A stretch of 64,000 nucleotides of DNA from Eledone cirrhosa (Eukaryota), in the NCBI GenBank assembly GCA_964016885.1, contig OZ024741.1, positions 227,354,001-227,418,000 of the forward strand, in the 5' to 3' direction. Under the pieces are notes generated by a model. That model saw only the letters and a list, made by a program, of their open reading frames with translations, did no database searches and was not told the origin of the DNA. The position numbers were made by a program, and so were the translations under genes. Shown here in pieces: positions 52,301 to 64,000 of this stretch (positions within the stretch are counted from its first letter, which is position 1; each line of letters opens with the position of its first letter).

Positions 52301-55300
52301 GTTGTTCTGTTCGAACGTCCTTTTTTCTCGCTCCCAGTAAGTCGCTTTATTTGCCTGTTAAAATTATTTGTTGTTAAATATTTCTTGTTGTGTAAGGGAT
52401 ATAAGCCCTTAGATTTTGCCCTGTGAAGGGGAAAGTATAATGTTTGGGCCTTTCGGCCCAAATATTTCAACATTTTACGTTTTAAAAAAATTATTTAAAA
52501 AAAAAAAAACATGGTTGAGCCACACACCCCAGCTGTCGTGTGACAACGGCGTAAAAGTTGAGAGGATTGGTCAGTGAGATTCATACAACAGACACCACCA
52601 CAAACAACGTGAAATTCATACAAAAGACACCACCACAAACAACGTGAACAAAGACAACACTGAGAATACTAATTTTGAAAACATTACCACACCAACTACA
52701 ACAATAACAGCGTCAACCAAAATACAGACAACAGAAAAAATGACAACAAATGCAACAACGATATTAACACCACTAACAAGAAAATAAACAACGACAACAA
52801 CAACAGCAACAATACAAATTGCACCGAAAACAACAACAACAACAACGGTGGCACCAAAAACACAACCAATTACAACAGTGATAACAACAACAACACCAAC
52901 AACACCGTTTGTAGCAGTAGCAACAACAACAAGACCAGTAGCAGCAGAAGCAGCAGCAAAAATGGTGCCGCTGAAAAAGGGGCCACTTTTTTCGCTTTCG
53001 CAGGTGTAGCCTGAAATATAGAGACAGAGCCAGTCACGGAGGAGGAGATGGCAGTCGCAAGAGCCATGGTGTCGAGAAACGACAATAGAGTTTCCCTGAA
53101 ACCTCCACCCGATTTCTTCAAAGACCAGCAGCTGCGCACGGTGACTTGCCGCACCGCAAGCAAAATGTCACATCGGGTGGGGAAAGCCACGGAGGCTCAA
53201 ATCCAAACGGCCTTGGGGTGCTTCTGGGCGCGCAAAACCCACATCACCCGAGGCAAAAAGTACGCCACAGTAGACGTACTTTTCGCCAACCCCCTAGAGG
53301 TGAAGTCTCACTCTTTAAAGAGTGAGGAGATAGACTTGCTGCCCTCCTACTGCGGGCAGAAAATTGTGAGGGTCAAAGTGACCCAGGTCCCGCCCGATGT
53401 GCCCATACCTTGGCTGGCCGCGTATGTACTGGCTGGAATGGAGGAGAAGACCACCATACTGCAAATACAGAGAATGGGAAGAGAGAACTGGTCAGGAATA
53501 GGCATGTAAATGCTAATACAGACTGACTAGGAGTGCATCGAGGCCATCCCAGACATCATAGACCTCGAAGAAGGGCTCCATCTCCCTATAAGCGTGGAAG
53601 GAAGGCGCCCAAAGTGCTATCTCTCTGGGCAGAAGGGTTACCTCAGGGCCTTCTGCCCGCAGAAGACAGCCAAGAAGAGGGCCCCCTCCATCCGACGCCT
53701 GATCCGCTGCTACCAAGAGCAGGGTAGGCAACAGAGGCAGAAGACCCTTCCATGGTCAGTAGGAGGGCAACTTCCGTGGCACCCTTACTAAGGCCACGGA
53801 CAACTAAAGCAGCGGCAGCAGTGGCGGCAACAGCAACAGTCGCAGTAGCTACACCGGCGATAAAAGATTTCTTCAGACGTCTAGAGACCTTTCTTGAAAC
53901 GTCCCGCTCTTCAGTGTTAGTGGGCGACTGGAACGGTATCTTAGATGCACGCTGGGATTATGTGGGGCTAGTAGACAGGGCAGGAGTGTGTAAAAGCCTC
54001 AACAACCTGCGCAGACGTTTTGAATGTCTGACAGGTATAGACTGGATTATCCGAATGTGCCAATGTGGACATATGCAAACCGCATCGGGTCATCCAGATT
54101 GTATTTAGATAGGGTATTAAGTAGGGAAACAGATAAGGCTAGTGTAGATTGTCCACAATTTAAAGTAGTCGACTACACGGACCACAAATTTGTGATCTGT
54201 GAAGTTGACTTAGATAGACTCCATAGGTGAGGGCCCGGCTACTGGAAGCTGAACGCGTCGTTCCCGGCGCGCAAAGCTTACAGAGACCGGATTAGCGAAT
54301 TAGTTTAGCGTGCGTTGGCGGGTGCGATCGTCAACAACAGGTGATGGTTTACCCTGAAAAGGGCTATTAGAGTAGAATCAACAAGGTTTAGCAAAGGAGT
54401 AGTGATAGAGGAAAATAGAGTAGAGGAAGAGTTAATTATAAACCTACGAGAGGCGTTTAGGAAAGGCATGGTAACTGACGTGCTTGCGGCGAGATTGGCA
54501 CTCGACCAATTCTTCAACGCAAAGCATGAAGGCTGCGTTGTCAGAGCTAGAGCGCGTGCTCTAAGACACGAGGGGACGAAAGCCGTTCAATGGGCCCGGG
54601 TGGTGGAAGCGCGACGTGGCAACAAGTCCACCATTCGGTCTTTGCCTGATCAAAACGGGCGCATGTTGCTCGAACCCGAGCAGATGTGTGCGGCTTTTCA
54701 ACAGCACTTTGCTCAATTATTTGGGAGCGGCGGCGGGCCGGATCGGAGTATGGACTTCGGTGCACACCTCGACGGACTGCCGCGGCTCTCGACCATCGCA
54801 GCGCAATGCTGCGAAAAGCCGGAAAACAGCAGGTGAAAAACGGGAAGCGATGTCTGACTGCAGGAGGGGTAAATTGGCAAGTTTGGATGGTCTGCCCTAC
54901 GAGCTTTATGCGTATATGCCAGACTTGTTCGGCGACCTCTTGGCATATGTCTACTGCAACTGGCAGCAGAATGGGAGCATTCCTAGTTTTGTGATCCGGG
55001 GAGCGGTGGCGCTGCTGAGAAAAGACCCGAACAAGGGGGACGTTGTAGACAACTTCAAGTCCATAACTCTGCTAAGCGCAGAGTTTAAGATTTTGGTCAA
55101 GGTGTTAGCAAAGAGATTGGCGCTTGTCGTCGGTGATCTGGTGGGAGAGGCGCAGACATGCGCCATTACAACCTCCATCTCATGCGATACATCATAGAGA
55201 GGGTGGTTAAGGAACCTGGCACGGATGGGGCCCTAATCAACTTGGATCAATCTAAAGCATTTGATAGGGTCGACCATGGGTACCTGGCTGCGGTCCTCGA

Positions 55301-56368
55301 GGCGGATGGTTTCGGGCCCGTTTTAGGGGCTGGATCGCTGCGATACACAGCGACCTCTGCTCGATTGTGAGGGTGAATTGTCACCTGTTGCAGCCTTTCA
55401 GCATCATGCACTTGGTCCGCCAGGGTTGTCCCCTCTCGTCCCTCTTGTACGTACTGGCCCTCGAGCCGTTACTGCACAAATTGGAGAAGATGAGGGGATC
55501 CCACGCGAACTGGGATGCGGGAGATTCGTGTCAGCTTACGCCGACGACGTCACCGTGGTGGTGGCGTGCACCAAACACGTCCAGATGCTCGGCACCGCTC
55601 TCAAGGAATATGAAGCGTTGACAGGAGCAAAGACAAACCAGGAAAAGTCGGTGGGCTTGCAACTCGGCACCTGGAGACACGGAGGTGCTGTCAGCCGAGC
55701 CTGTCCGAGATTCGCGCAGGGCGACGAAACCGTGATGCACGCACTCGTTCAGTGCCCGAGGATTGATAACTTGTGGAGCTACGTCGAACAGCTGCTAAGG
55801 CGTGTAGGATGGATCCGGTTATCGACTGAGTCCATTGTGCAGATAGCCCCACCATCCTCCTTTAAAGAGGAGGAAGGGCAGGCAGTTTTCATCTGCCTGG
55901 TGGCCATGGCGAAAGAGATTGTGTGGTGGACAAGGTTGAAAGGGTTGAAGACGGACACTTTCCTTCCGGCCAATCCCTGATTAACTTTTTCAAGTTTCAC
56001 TTGAAGAGGAAAATCAGGGTGGAGATGCAAGTGCTGTCTTCTAGTAAGTTTGTTGAAAGGTGGGTGAAAGTGGCGAGTCTGGTTCGAGTATGCGCCTGTA
56101 AACTGAGGAGTGGGAAAACTGAGAGAGGGCTCTTGCTCTGGTGGTCAGGGTGGCCGTGGGCTTTTTTGTGTGGTTTTCGCCACGAGTGACCCTCTAAGGT
56201 TTCCCCCTTTTTGGGGAATCTTTGTTGTTTGAATTTTTTTTGGATTTCTAGCCAAATTTTGTTAGAACCTGTTTACACAACAAAAACCCACTTTCTATCG
56301 TCCTATACTGTTCTGTGCCGTCTCTAATGTTTTTCTTCTTGTTAGCCCTTGTGGCCAATAAAGAAACC
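52301..56368 (+). mobile_element. Tx1-type LINE T6 (family A), with 5' UTR and large internal deletions
   Basis: Close match to T1; deletions near 53865 and 55677; ends AATAAAGAAACC+(ATT)n. 5' boundary approximate. Confidence 0.9.
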
Positions 56369-56386
56369 ATTATTATTATTATTATT

Positions 56387-58645
56387 GACGGACACGAGAT
56401 CAGCGATTCCAAGCGGATGTGTGAGGCCTTTCGTCAGCACTTTGCTCGGTTGTTCGGGGAGAGTGGCGAGTCAGAGAGAGTAGCGGATTTCAGTCCCTAC
56501 CTTGACGGCTTGCCGTGCATCTCGACGGTCGACGTTGAGCGCTGCGAAAAGCCGATTACTTCAGCCAAAATTCAGGACGCCCTTGTCGGCTGCATGAGGC
56601 GCAAGTCACCCAGTTTTGATGGTCTGCCCTACCGAGCTTACGTAAACATGCCAGACTTGTTCTCCGATCTCCTCGAAGCACTTTATTGCAACTGGCATCA
56701 GAATGGGAGTATCCCCACTTCTGTGAGAGGGGGAGTGGTGACGCTGATAAGGAAAGACGAGAACAAGAGCGATACATTAGACAACTTCAGGCCCATAACT
56801 CTGCTGAACACAGCCAGGTTCATACACGACAATCTCCACCTCATGCGATACATCATAGAGAGGGTAGAGTGTAAACCTGGCTTCGAAGGTGCACTGATCA
56901 ATTTAGATCAATCGAAAGCATTTGACAGGGTCGACCATCGGTATCTGGAGTTTGTCCTCAAGGCAGCTGGCTTCAGCCCTGTCTTCAGAAGCTGGATCGC
57001 TGCACTGCACAGCGGCACACGCTCGGTGGTCAAGGTTAATGGCCACCTCTAGGAACCATTTCGGTTACCCCGATCGGTTAGTCAATGGTGCCCTCTCTCT
57101 TCCCTTCTGTACGTATTGACTCTCGAGCCTTTACTGCGGAAGCTGGAACTGTTGCAGGGCATCCCGCTCGAACCGGGAAGGGGAAAGGCGGTGTCGGCTT
57201 ATGCGGACGACATCACCGTGATGTGTTGGACACTTCAGAAATCGAGGTGGTCAGCACCTTATTGAAGGAATATGAAAGGTTGACAGGAGACAAACTTAAC
57301 CCGGAAAAGTCGGTGGGATTGCAGCTCGGAACCTGGAGAGGCAAGCCTATGTCGTCCAACAGCGTCGTGGGGCGCTGGACGGACGGACCGGTAAAGTTGC
57401 TCGGGGTTTGATTCGGACCAGACCTCCAGGTGGAAAAGAATTGGGACGAGGTAACGAGAAATGGGCTGGGATGAAGCTTTCACTGAAAGGTCGCGCGGAG
57501 GTGGCGAATGCGTACATAGCGTCCGTCATCTACTACCGCCTGACCGTCATGCCTTGCCCCCGTCCGCGCCTCGTCAAGTTGGATAAGCTCCACTTCAAAT
57601 TATTGTGGAAGGGACAAGTTCCGTTGGTGAGGCGGTCCATTTGCTGCCAGCACGCTCTACGCGGAGGGCTGGGCATGCCGTGGCTAATGATGCGCAGACA
57701 TACGCTGAGGCTGTGACATCTCCAGATATTCTGCCTAAACGGGGAACAGGTGTGGTCGCCGTTTATCAGACGAACCTTTCCGCAGCTCGTTTCTTTGACT
57801 GAGTTGCAGTCCTGGGTCAAGAAGAGACCGAGACTGGGTGACTGGCACCTGGAATGTTGCCAGGCACTCACTGCCCTCTACCAAGCGGACAATGCGATCA
57901 GTGGAACTTCCACTCTCGAATTGTATAGAGGATAGGTGGTGGGCAAGTGCGATGACGCACTCGGAGAAGCTTTGGGCCTCGACAAAGTCGAACTGACCAG
58001 TCTGTACCGGAGGACTTTCGAACCGGGGACGATGGACAATTTCCAGAAATCCCTCGCTTGGCAGTGCTACCGGGGGGCACTGCCGGTTCGGGATAAACTC
58101 TACAGGCACGGATGTGCTGTCAGACGGACCTGCCCAAGATGCGCACAGAGCGACGAAACCATTCTGCACGCACTTGTCCAATGTCCGTGCATTACTGACT
58201 TGTGGTGTTATGTCGAACAGCTACTGTTGCGCGTGGAACGGATCCGGCTATTGGCCGAGACCGTAGTGAAGATCGACCCGCCGACTTCCTTAGGTCAGGA
58301 AGAGCAGCCAATTTTCCTCTGTCTGGTGGCCAATTTTCCTCTGTCTGGTGGCTGGTGGCCTATAGTCTAGCTAACTTGAAGAGAGGGGTGCTCTCCCTGG
58401 GTGCCCTAGAAGCGCAGGGTAGTTCAGGATTGGTGGGGTACCTGAGTCACCCCTGGGTCGTCCACCCCCTATCGGGGAATTTATTTTGTTATATTTATGC
58501 ATAGTTTATTTTATATATTTTATATCTTCATTGTTAAATTAGTCTTGCCATTGTGCACTTTTATTCGACCTTATTGTAAACCCCCACTGTCCCTGTCTTT
58601 GTATTGTCCCCTACATATCGGCCCTTGAGGCTAATAAATGAAATC
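56387..58645 (+). mobile_element. Tx1-type LINE T7 (family E), 5'-truncated, flanked by (ATT)n
   Basis: RT motifs LDQSKAFDRVDH, YADD, CPRCAQSDETILHALVQC; ends CCCTTGAGGCTAATAAATGAAATC+(ATT)n. Confidence 0.9.
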
Positions 58646-58659
58646 ATTATTATTATTAT

Positions 58660-58765
58660 TTTGCCTTTCATCCTTACGGGGTCGATAAAATAAAGTACCA
58701 GTAATGCACTAAGTAATTGCCGGCCTTGTGCCAAAAGTAGAATCAATTATTATTATTATTATTAT
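58660..58765 (+). mobile_element. 5'-truncated SINE with (ATT)n tail
   Basis: Core to AAAAGTAGAATCAATTATT. Confidence 0.85.
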
Positions 58766-58817
58766 TCTTTATCCCCAGTCATTTATGTTATTTAACTGGA
58801 AATGAATATCAAGCCGC
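58766..58817 (-). mobile_element. Isolated 3' UTR tip of the D1/D2 R4/Dong family
   Basis: CAGTCATT.ATGTTATTTAACTGGAAATGAATATCAAGCCGCT matches 17033-17086. Confidence 0.75.
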
Positions 58818-58955
58818 TTGAATCTTTTGGATTTCTAGCCCGATTTTGTTATAACCTGTTTACACGACCAAAACCCACTTTATATCATCCTGTACTGTTC
58901 TGTGCCGTCTCTAATGTTTTTCGTCGTGTTAGCCCTTGTGGCCAATAAAGAAACC
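58818..58955 (+). mobile_element. Tx1 family A 3' UTR fragment
   Basis: Nearly identical to 16676-16813. Confidence 0.9.
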
Positions 58956-58972
58956 ATTATTATTATTATAAA

Positions 58973-59162
58973 GGCGGTGGATTGGCAGTATCGGCAGAGG
59001 GTCGGACGCCATGCTTTCCAGCATAGTTACGTCCCTTTACGATCTGAGTTCAAATCCCGCCGAGGTTGACTTCGCCTTTCATCCTTATGGGGGTCGATAA
59101 AATAAAGTACCAGTAATGCACTGGGTAATTGCTGGTCTTGTGCCAAAAGTAGAAACAATTAT
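58973..59162 (+). mobile_element. SINE
   Basis: Nearly identical to 16833-17022, with the same flanks. Confidence 0.9.
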
Positions 59163-59164
59163 TT

Positions 59165-60638
59165 TTGAGTCTCAGTCATTGATGTTATTTAACTGGAAAG
59201 TTTGTTGAAATGAATATCAAGCCACTACCTGCAGTCCCAGATATTCAGGATGTATCGGAGGGTTCTTGCTGTTCCCAGCAAGCATGCCTTTTGAAGTGTT
59301 CCAAAAAGCGGGGCTGGACTAATCTTCTTTAACCATCCTTGGAAACTCTTTGAGATAGTACCTAGTGCGCCTATGACAATCGGGACGACCTTGACTTCAT
59401 GGCAGTTCCAAATCCTTTTTACCTCCCACTTTAAGTCCTGGTATCGGTTAATTTTCTCCCTCTCCTTCTCTTGCACTCTCGTGTCAAATGGGCAGGCTAC
59501 ATCTACAATCAGGCACGATCTGTTTTCCTCGTCCAAAACCACCAGGTCAGGCCTATTGTGTTCTAATTTCTTGTCCGTCTGTATCCTAAAATCCCATAGC
59601 ACCTTCACCTGATCGTTTTCTATCACCGACTCTGGCTTATGCTCATACCACTTCTCAGAATGTGGTAAATTGTTTACTTTGCATAGGTGCCAGTGGATCA
59701 CCCTGACCATCACATCATGTCTCCAGCCTTTATAGTGAGTCTGGGCTAGGTGTTTACACTCGGATACAATGTGAGCCACAGTCTCTTCTCTCTCTCCACA
59801 GATCCTACACAGTGGGCTAGCCTCCTCCTTGTAAATATGGTGTTTCAGCCACTTCGTTCTGATGGCCTGCTCTTGCGCAGCCATTAGCATTCCTTCTGTA
59901 GCCTTTTTAAGGCCTCCTATTTTTAACCAGTTCCATGTCTGTGGATCTATAAATTCAGTTTTCTTAAAGAAGGTACTATGAAGGGATTTTTCATGAAGGT
60001 TGCTCTTCCTCCTTGTTATTTCCTCTTTGGACATTCCCTGGTCAATTGTCTTCTCCTTCAGTACAATTTTGAGCATTGGCTCCCTACTATTTGTGCAGGT
60101 TGTTTTTCTCCATCTGAACACAGTCTTCTATGCGATATGACCTCTTCCACTTTCAGATCTCTTTAAGTAGAGTCTATCGATATCACTCCTCTTGTGGAAC
60201 ATGTTGTCGATAGTCAATAGCTTCCTAGTCTTCCTATCCATTTCTTTTTGTTAAGCAACATTCCATTTCAGAATTCCCATACTGTACCTAATAATAGACA
60301 CAGCTCGGGGGGAATTCACTGCACTTATGACATTCCTACTATTTAGATGTGATTTTAATACGCTCCTTACTCTCCTAATGTACTCAGATCTTATCAATTC
60401 CTTCATTTTTTTGTTCTTGATTTCATCTGACTCCAGAACACCTAAATATTTGTATCCTTCTTCAGTGTCAATTTCCTTTATCATCTCACCTGTTGGTACC
60501 TGGATTCCGTTGCTTCTGCTCAATTTACCCCTAGGACTCCACACTTATTAATACCAAATTCCATACATATATCATTGCTGAAAATACGGACAGTGTCAAC
60601 AAGCACATCCAACTCCTTCTCACTCTTCCCAAAGAGTT
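59165..60638 (-). mobile_element. R4/Dong-type element D2, 5'-truncated
   Basis: ORF 59225-60121: CRICGEREETVAHIVSEC, RHD, NRPDL, EKINRYQDL; (TAA)n at its 5' junction. Confidence 0.92.
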
Positions 60639-60652
60639 TATTATTATTATTA

Positions 60653-63315
60653 CAGCTGCATTTATCTTGCTTTATGTTCATACGAGTTATCACCAAGTCA
60701 CAACCAGTGACCTCAAGAGACAACAAGGTCCGCCATGTTCAAGGAAGAACATACATACTCACACATGCATCTTTAGTGTTTAGACTTGTGATGTACTTAT
60801 ATTGACAGAATCTTCCTTAGTATATGGGCAGTTCCCATTAGTACTATCTTTTGTATTTCTCCTATACGCGGGTTTCCTGGGATCTGCGATAAGTAATCAT
60901 TAGACCCCTTAGGTATCATTCCCAGAGCGCCTACAACCACTGGTATTGTTTTAGTTCTCAATTTCCACATTTTTCCAATTTCTATCTCCAGGTCCTTATA
61001 CTTGCTCAATTTTTCAAATGTTTTTATAGATACATTCTTGTCTATTGGAACAGACATATCAATTAGCAGGCATACCCTCTTTTTAAAGTCCTTCAATATT
61101 ATATCAGGTCTATTTGCATCTATTTTTCGGTCTGTTTGGATGCTAAAGTTCCACAAGATTGAGATGTGATCTTTTTCAAGTATGGGAGGTGGTTGATGCT
61201 CCCACCAATTCTTTTGATGGGGCAGGTCAAAATGCTTACACATTATCCAATGTATGTATTGTGCAGCTCTATCATGCCTGTTTAGGTATTCGGTTGGAGC
61301 TATAGGACTGCACATTGAAATTATATGGTCAATGGTCTCTGGTTGTTTTTTTGCATACACGGCATAATGGGCTGCATCCATTTTTTATTATGTTGGCTTG
61401 GTAATTTTTTGTTGGCAGACACTGATCTTGTGCTGATATAATCAGTCCAGAGGATGCCAACCACTGATGGGTTAAAGTGTTGTCAACATCAGGATTGTTA
61501 GCTCGCTCTGGGTATTTTCGATACAGAGGCTTTTCTTGCCATTTCTTAGCCAGTTTGTGTAGCAGTTCTTTCTTTGCAGTTACTTTTACCTGCTTTGCTT
61601 TTTCTGTGTTTTCCATTTCAGCAGTAAATGGGACTTCTGAAATTTGTAGTCCATTACTGTATCTTTGTGCATCTTTTGTAATGGAATATGATCTTTTGAT
61701 GCTTTCGTGTTTCAAAACGAGTTTGATCATCCAATCATGTGATTCCCTTAGATATGTAGATAATCCAATTGTTGCAGTTTTCAATGCAATGTCTAACTGG
61801 ATTAACCCACGACCTCCTTCTTTCCTAGGGAGATATATTCTATCTATATCTGCCTTAGGGTGATGCATTCTGTGCATGGTTAAGAATTTTCAAATTTTTG
61901 TATCGAGCCTACGGATCTCTGTGCTTGACCAGTTGATGACATTGTAACTGTAGGTTACTACTGGTATGGCAAGCGTGTTTATGGCATCGATCCTATTCCT
62001 TGCATTCAATTCCGTTCTTAAGATTGCTCTTACTCTGCGGTAACATTCCTTCCTTATCCTTTCCCTCATTGTCGAGTGCTTGATTCCGTCTCCTTCACAA
62101 ACACCTAGATATTTGTAAGTTTCCTCTTGATCAAGTTCTCTTATCACATTCCCTCGATCAAGATTAATGTCTGAACTTTTCAGCAGCTTTCATCTGGTGA
62201 ACGTTGCTTTGGCGCATTTATCTAGTCCAAACTCCATTTTAATGTCATCACTGAACTGCTCCACAGTGGATAATAGCCCTTGCAATTGTTCATCATTTTT
62301 TGCAAATAGTTTCAGGTCATCCATGTAGAACAGGTGATTAATGGTTTTGTCATAGACTTTATATCCATGTTTTGTTTCATTGAGCATTTTACTTAATGGT
62401 ATAAGTGCGATGCAGAATAAAAGCGGTGATAAAGAGTCACCCTGAAAAATTCCACAATTAATATTAACTTCTCCAGCTTCCAGTGATTTTGTTTCACTAT
62501 TCAAAAGGAGTGTCGTTTTCCATGTCTTCATACTGAATGACAAAAACCTCCTGACAACGGGGGATATTTTGAAAATCTCTAAACATTTTTCAATCCAACT
62601 GTGTGGCAAACTATCGAATGCTTTTTTATAATCTATCCAAGCAATCGATAGATTTTTGTGTCTATTATGACAATCTTCCAGTATCATTTTGTTAACCAGA
62701 AGCTGATCCTTACAGCCATATGAGCCTCGTTTACACCCTTTCTGCTCAATGGGAAATAGGTCATTTGTTATCAGGTGGTCATATGTGTATTCAGTTAGGA
62801 CTGATGTTAAAATTTTATACATTGTGGTCAAGCAAGTTATCGGTCTGTAATTTTTGGGATTGTTTGTCTCATCATTCTTCGGAAGCAGGAATGTAATGCC
62901 GTTAACTAGCCATGATGGTATCTTTTCTGGCTCCTTAACTATTTCATTGTAAAGTTGGTCTAACAGCTCATGAGACTCTGTGAAGGCATTTATCCAAAAG
63001 TTTTGTATTTTGTCTTTTCCTGGGGATTTCCATTTGCTGGTTTTTCTTAGAGCCAAGCGTTATGTTCAACTGTTATATTTTCCCATGTTTGTTCCTCAAG
63101 GTGAGCTGTATCTTTCATTTGTCTGTCTATCCATGGGGCATGTATGTTATGAACTTTTTCTTCGGCCCAGATCTTTTCCCAGAATTCTTGCACTTCCTCC
63201 TTGGGTGGTATTGATTTAACAGTGTATCAAGTTTCTGGTGTTGGTGAAATTGCTGTTATTTGGCTGTTCTATATAGTGTAGACAGAGGGTGTTTTCTTCC
63301 ATTTATAACCATTTT
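60653..63315 (-). mobile_element. R4/Dong-type element D3 (second family), 5'-truncated
   Basis: KSPGKDKI, WIDYKKAFDS, GIFQGDSLSP, HLFYMDDLKL, RHDR, ANRPDI; 3' end followed by (TAA)n. Confidence 0.92.
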
Positions 63316-63557
63316 CTTTTTTTGAATACAAAATATATAATACAAAATTGAATATTTGAGCGATATAACAATATAATATGGATCCGAAATTTTATGGGAC
63401 TTCATTCGGTGGTTTATGCAACATTTGTACTAACAATTGTTATTTCACAATTGATTTAAATATGTTAAAAATCAAAAACTTACGGGAGCGATTTCATGAC
63501 CTTCTACCACCTCGTGCGTCTTCTTCCCTTTCTATTATTATTATTATTGTTGTTATT

Positions 63558-64000
63558 CCTTGAATCTCAGTCATTGATGTTGGTTAACTGGAAAGTCCGT
63601 TGGATTGAATATCAAGCCACTACCTGCAGCCTCAGATATTCAGGACGTATCGGAGGGTTCTTGCTGTTCCAAGCAAGCATGCCTTTTGAAGCGTTCCAAA
63701 AAGCGTGAAGGGGCCGATTTTCTTTAACCATCCCTGGAAACTTTTGGAGATAGTCCCCAGTGCGCCTATGACAATCGGGATCACTTTGACTTCATGGCAG
63801 TTCCAAATCCTTTTCACCTCCCACTTTAGGTCCTGGTATCGGTTAATTTTCTCCTTCTCCTTCTCTTGCACTCTCGTGTCGAACGGGCAGGCCACATCCA
63901 CAATCAGACACGATCTTTTTTCTTTGTCCACAACCACCAGGTCAGGTCTATTGTGTTCCAGTTTTTTGTCCGTCTGTATCCTAAAATCCCACAGCACCTT
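63558..64000 (-). mobile_element. R4/Dong-type element D4, 3' end; runs off the window
   Basis: LWDFRIQTDKKLEHNRPDL...; 3' UTR followed by (TAA)n at ~63533-63557. Confidence 0.9.

Overview
This is eukaryotic, AT-rich, microsatellite-dense genomic DNA. The SINE family and microsatellite load suggest a cephalopod such as Octopus (inference). I found no credible host protein-coding gene; almost every ORF is a microsatellite artefact or a decayed transposon ORF. The window is a nested retroelement cluster. It holds eight Tx1-type (L1-clade, APE-endonuclease) LINE copies, all on +, and four R4/Dong-type (RLE) non-LTR copies, all on -. It also has nine copies of one tRNA-headed SINE, RTE fragments (one with a 5' inversion and TSD), a decayed Penelope-like element, a possible BEL/Pao remnant and four non-autonomous Helitrons. 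Most LINE/SINE junctions are (ATT)n tracts; one Tx1 copy sits in (TATC)n. Four signals stand out. (1) In several divergent Tx1 families the ORF1 stop codon lies inside a consensus 5' splice site (AG|GTRAGT), followed by a pyrimidine tract and a same-phase YAG; splicing would fuse ORF1 to ORF2 in frame. (2) Type-I hammerhead ribozymes occur in short islands in (TA)n: four complete cores, one decayed and one half inside a 122-bp-arm inverted repeat. (3) The SINE and the Tx1 LINEs share their 3'-terminal ~25 nt. (4) Two unrelated endonuclease classes use the same microsatellite in opposite orientation. All coordinates and alignments were made by eye, so the ends of decayed elements are approximate.
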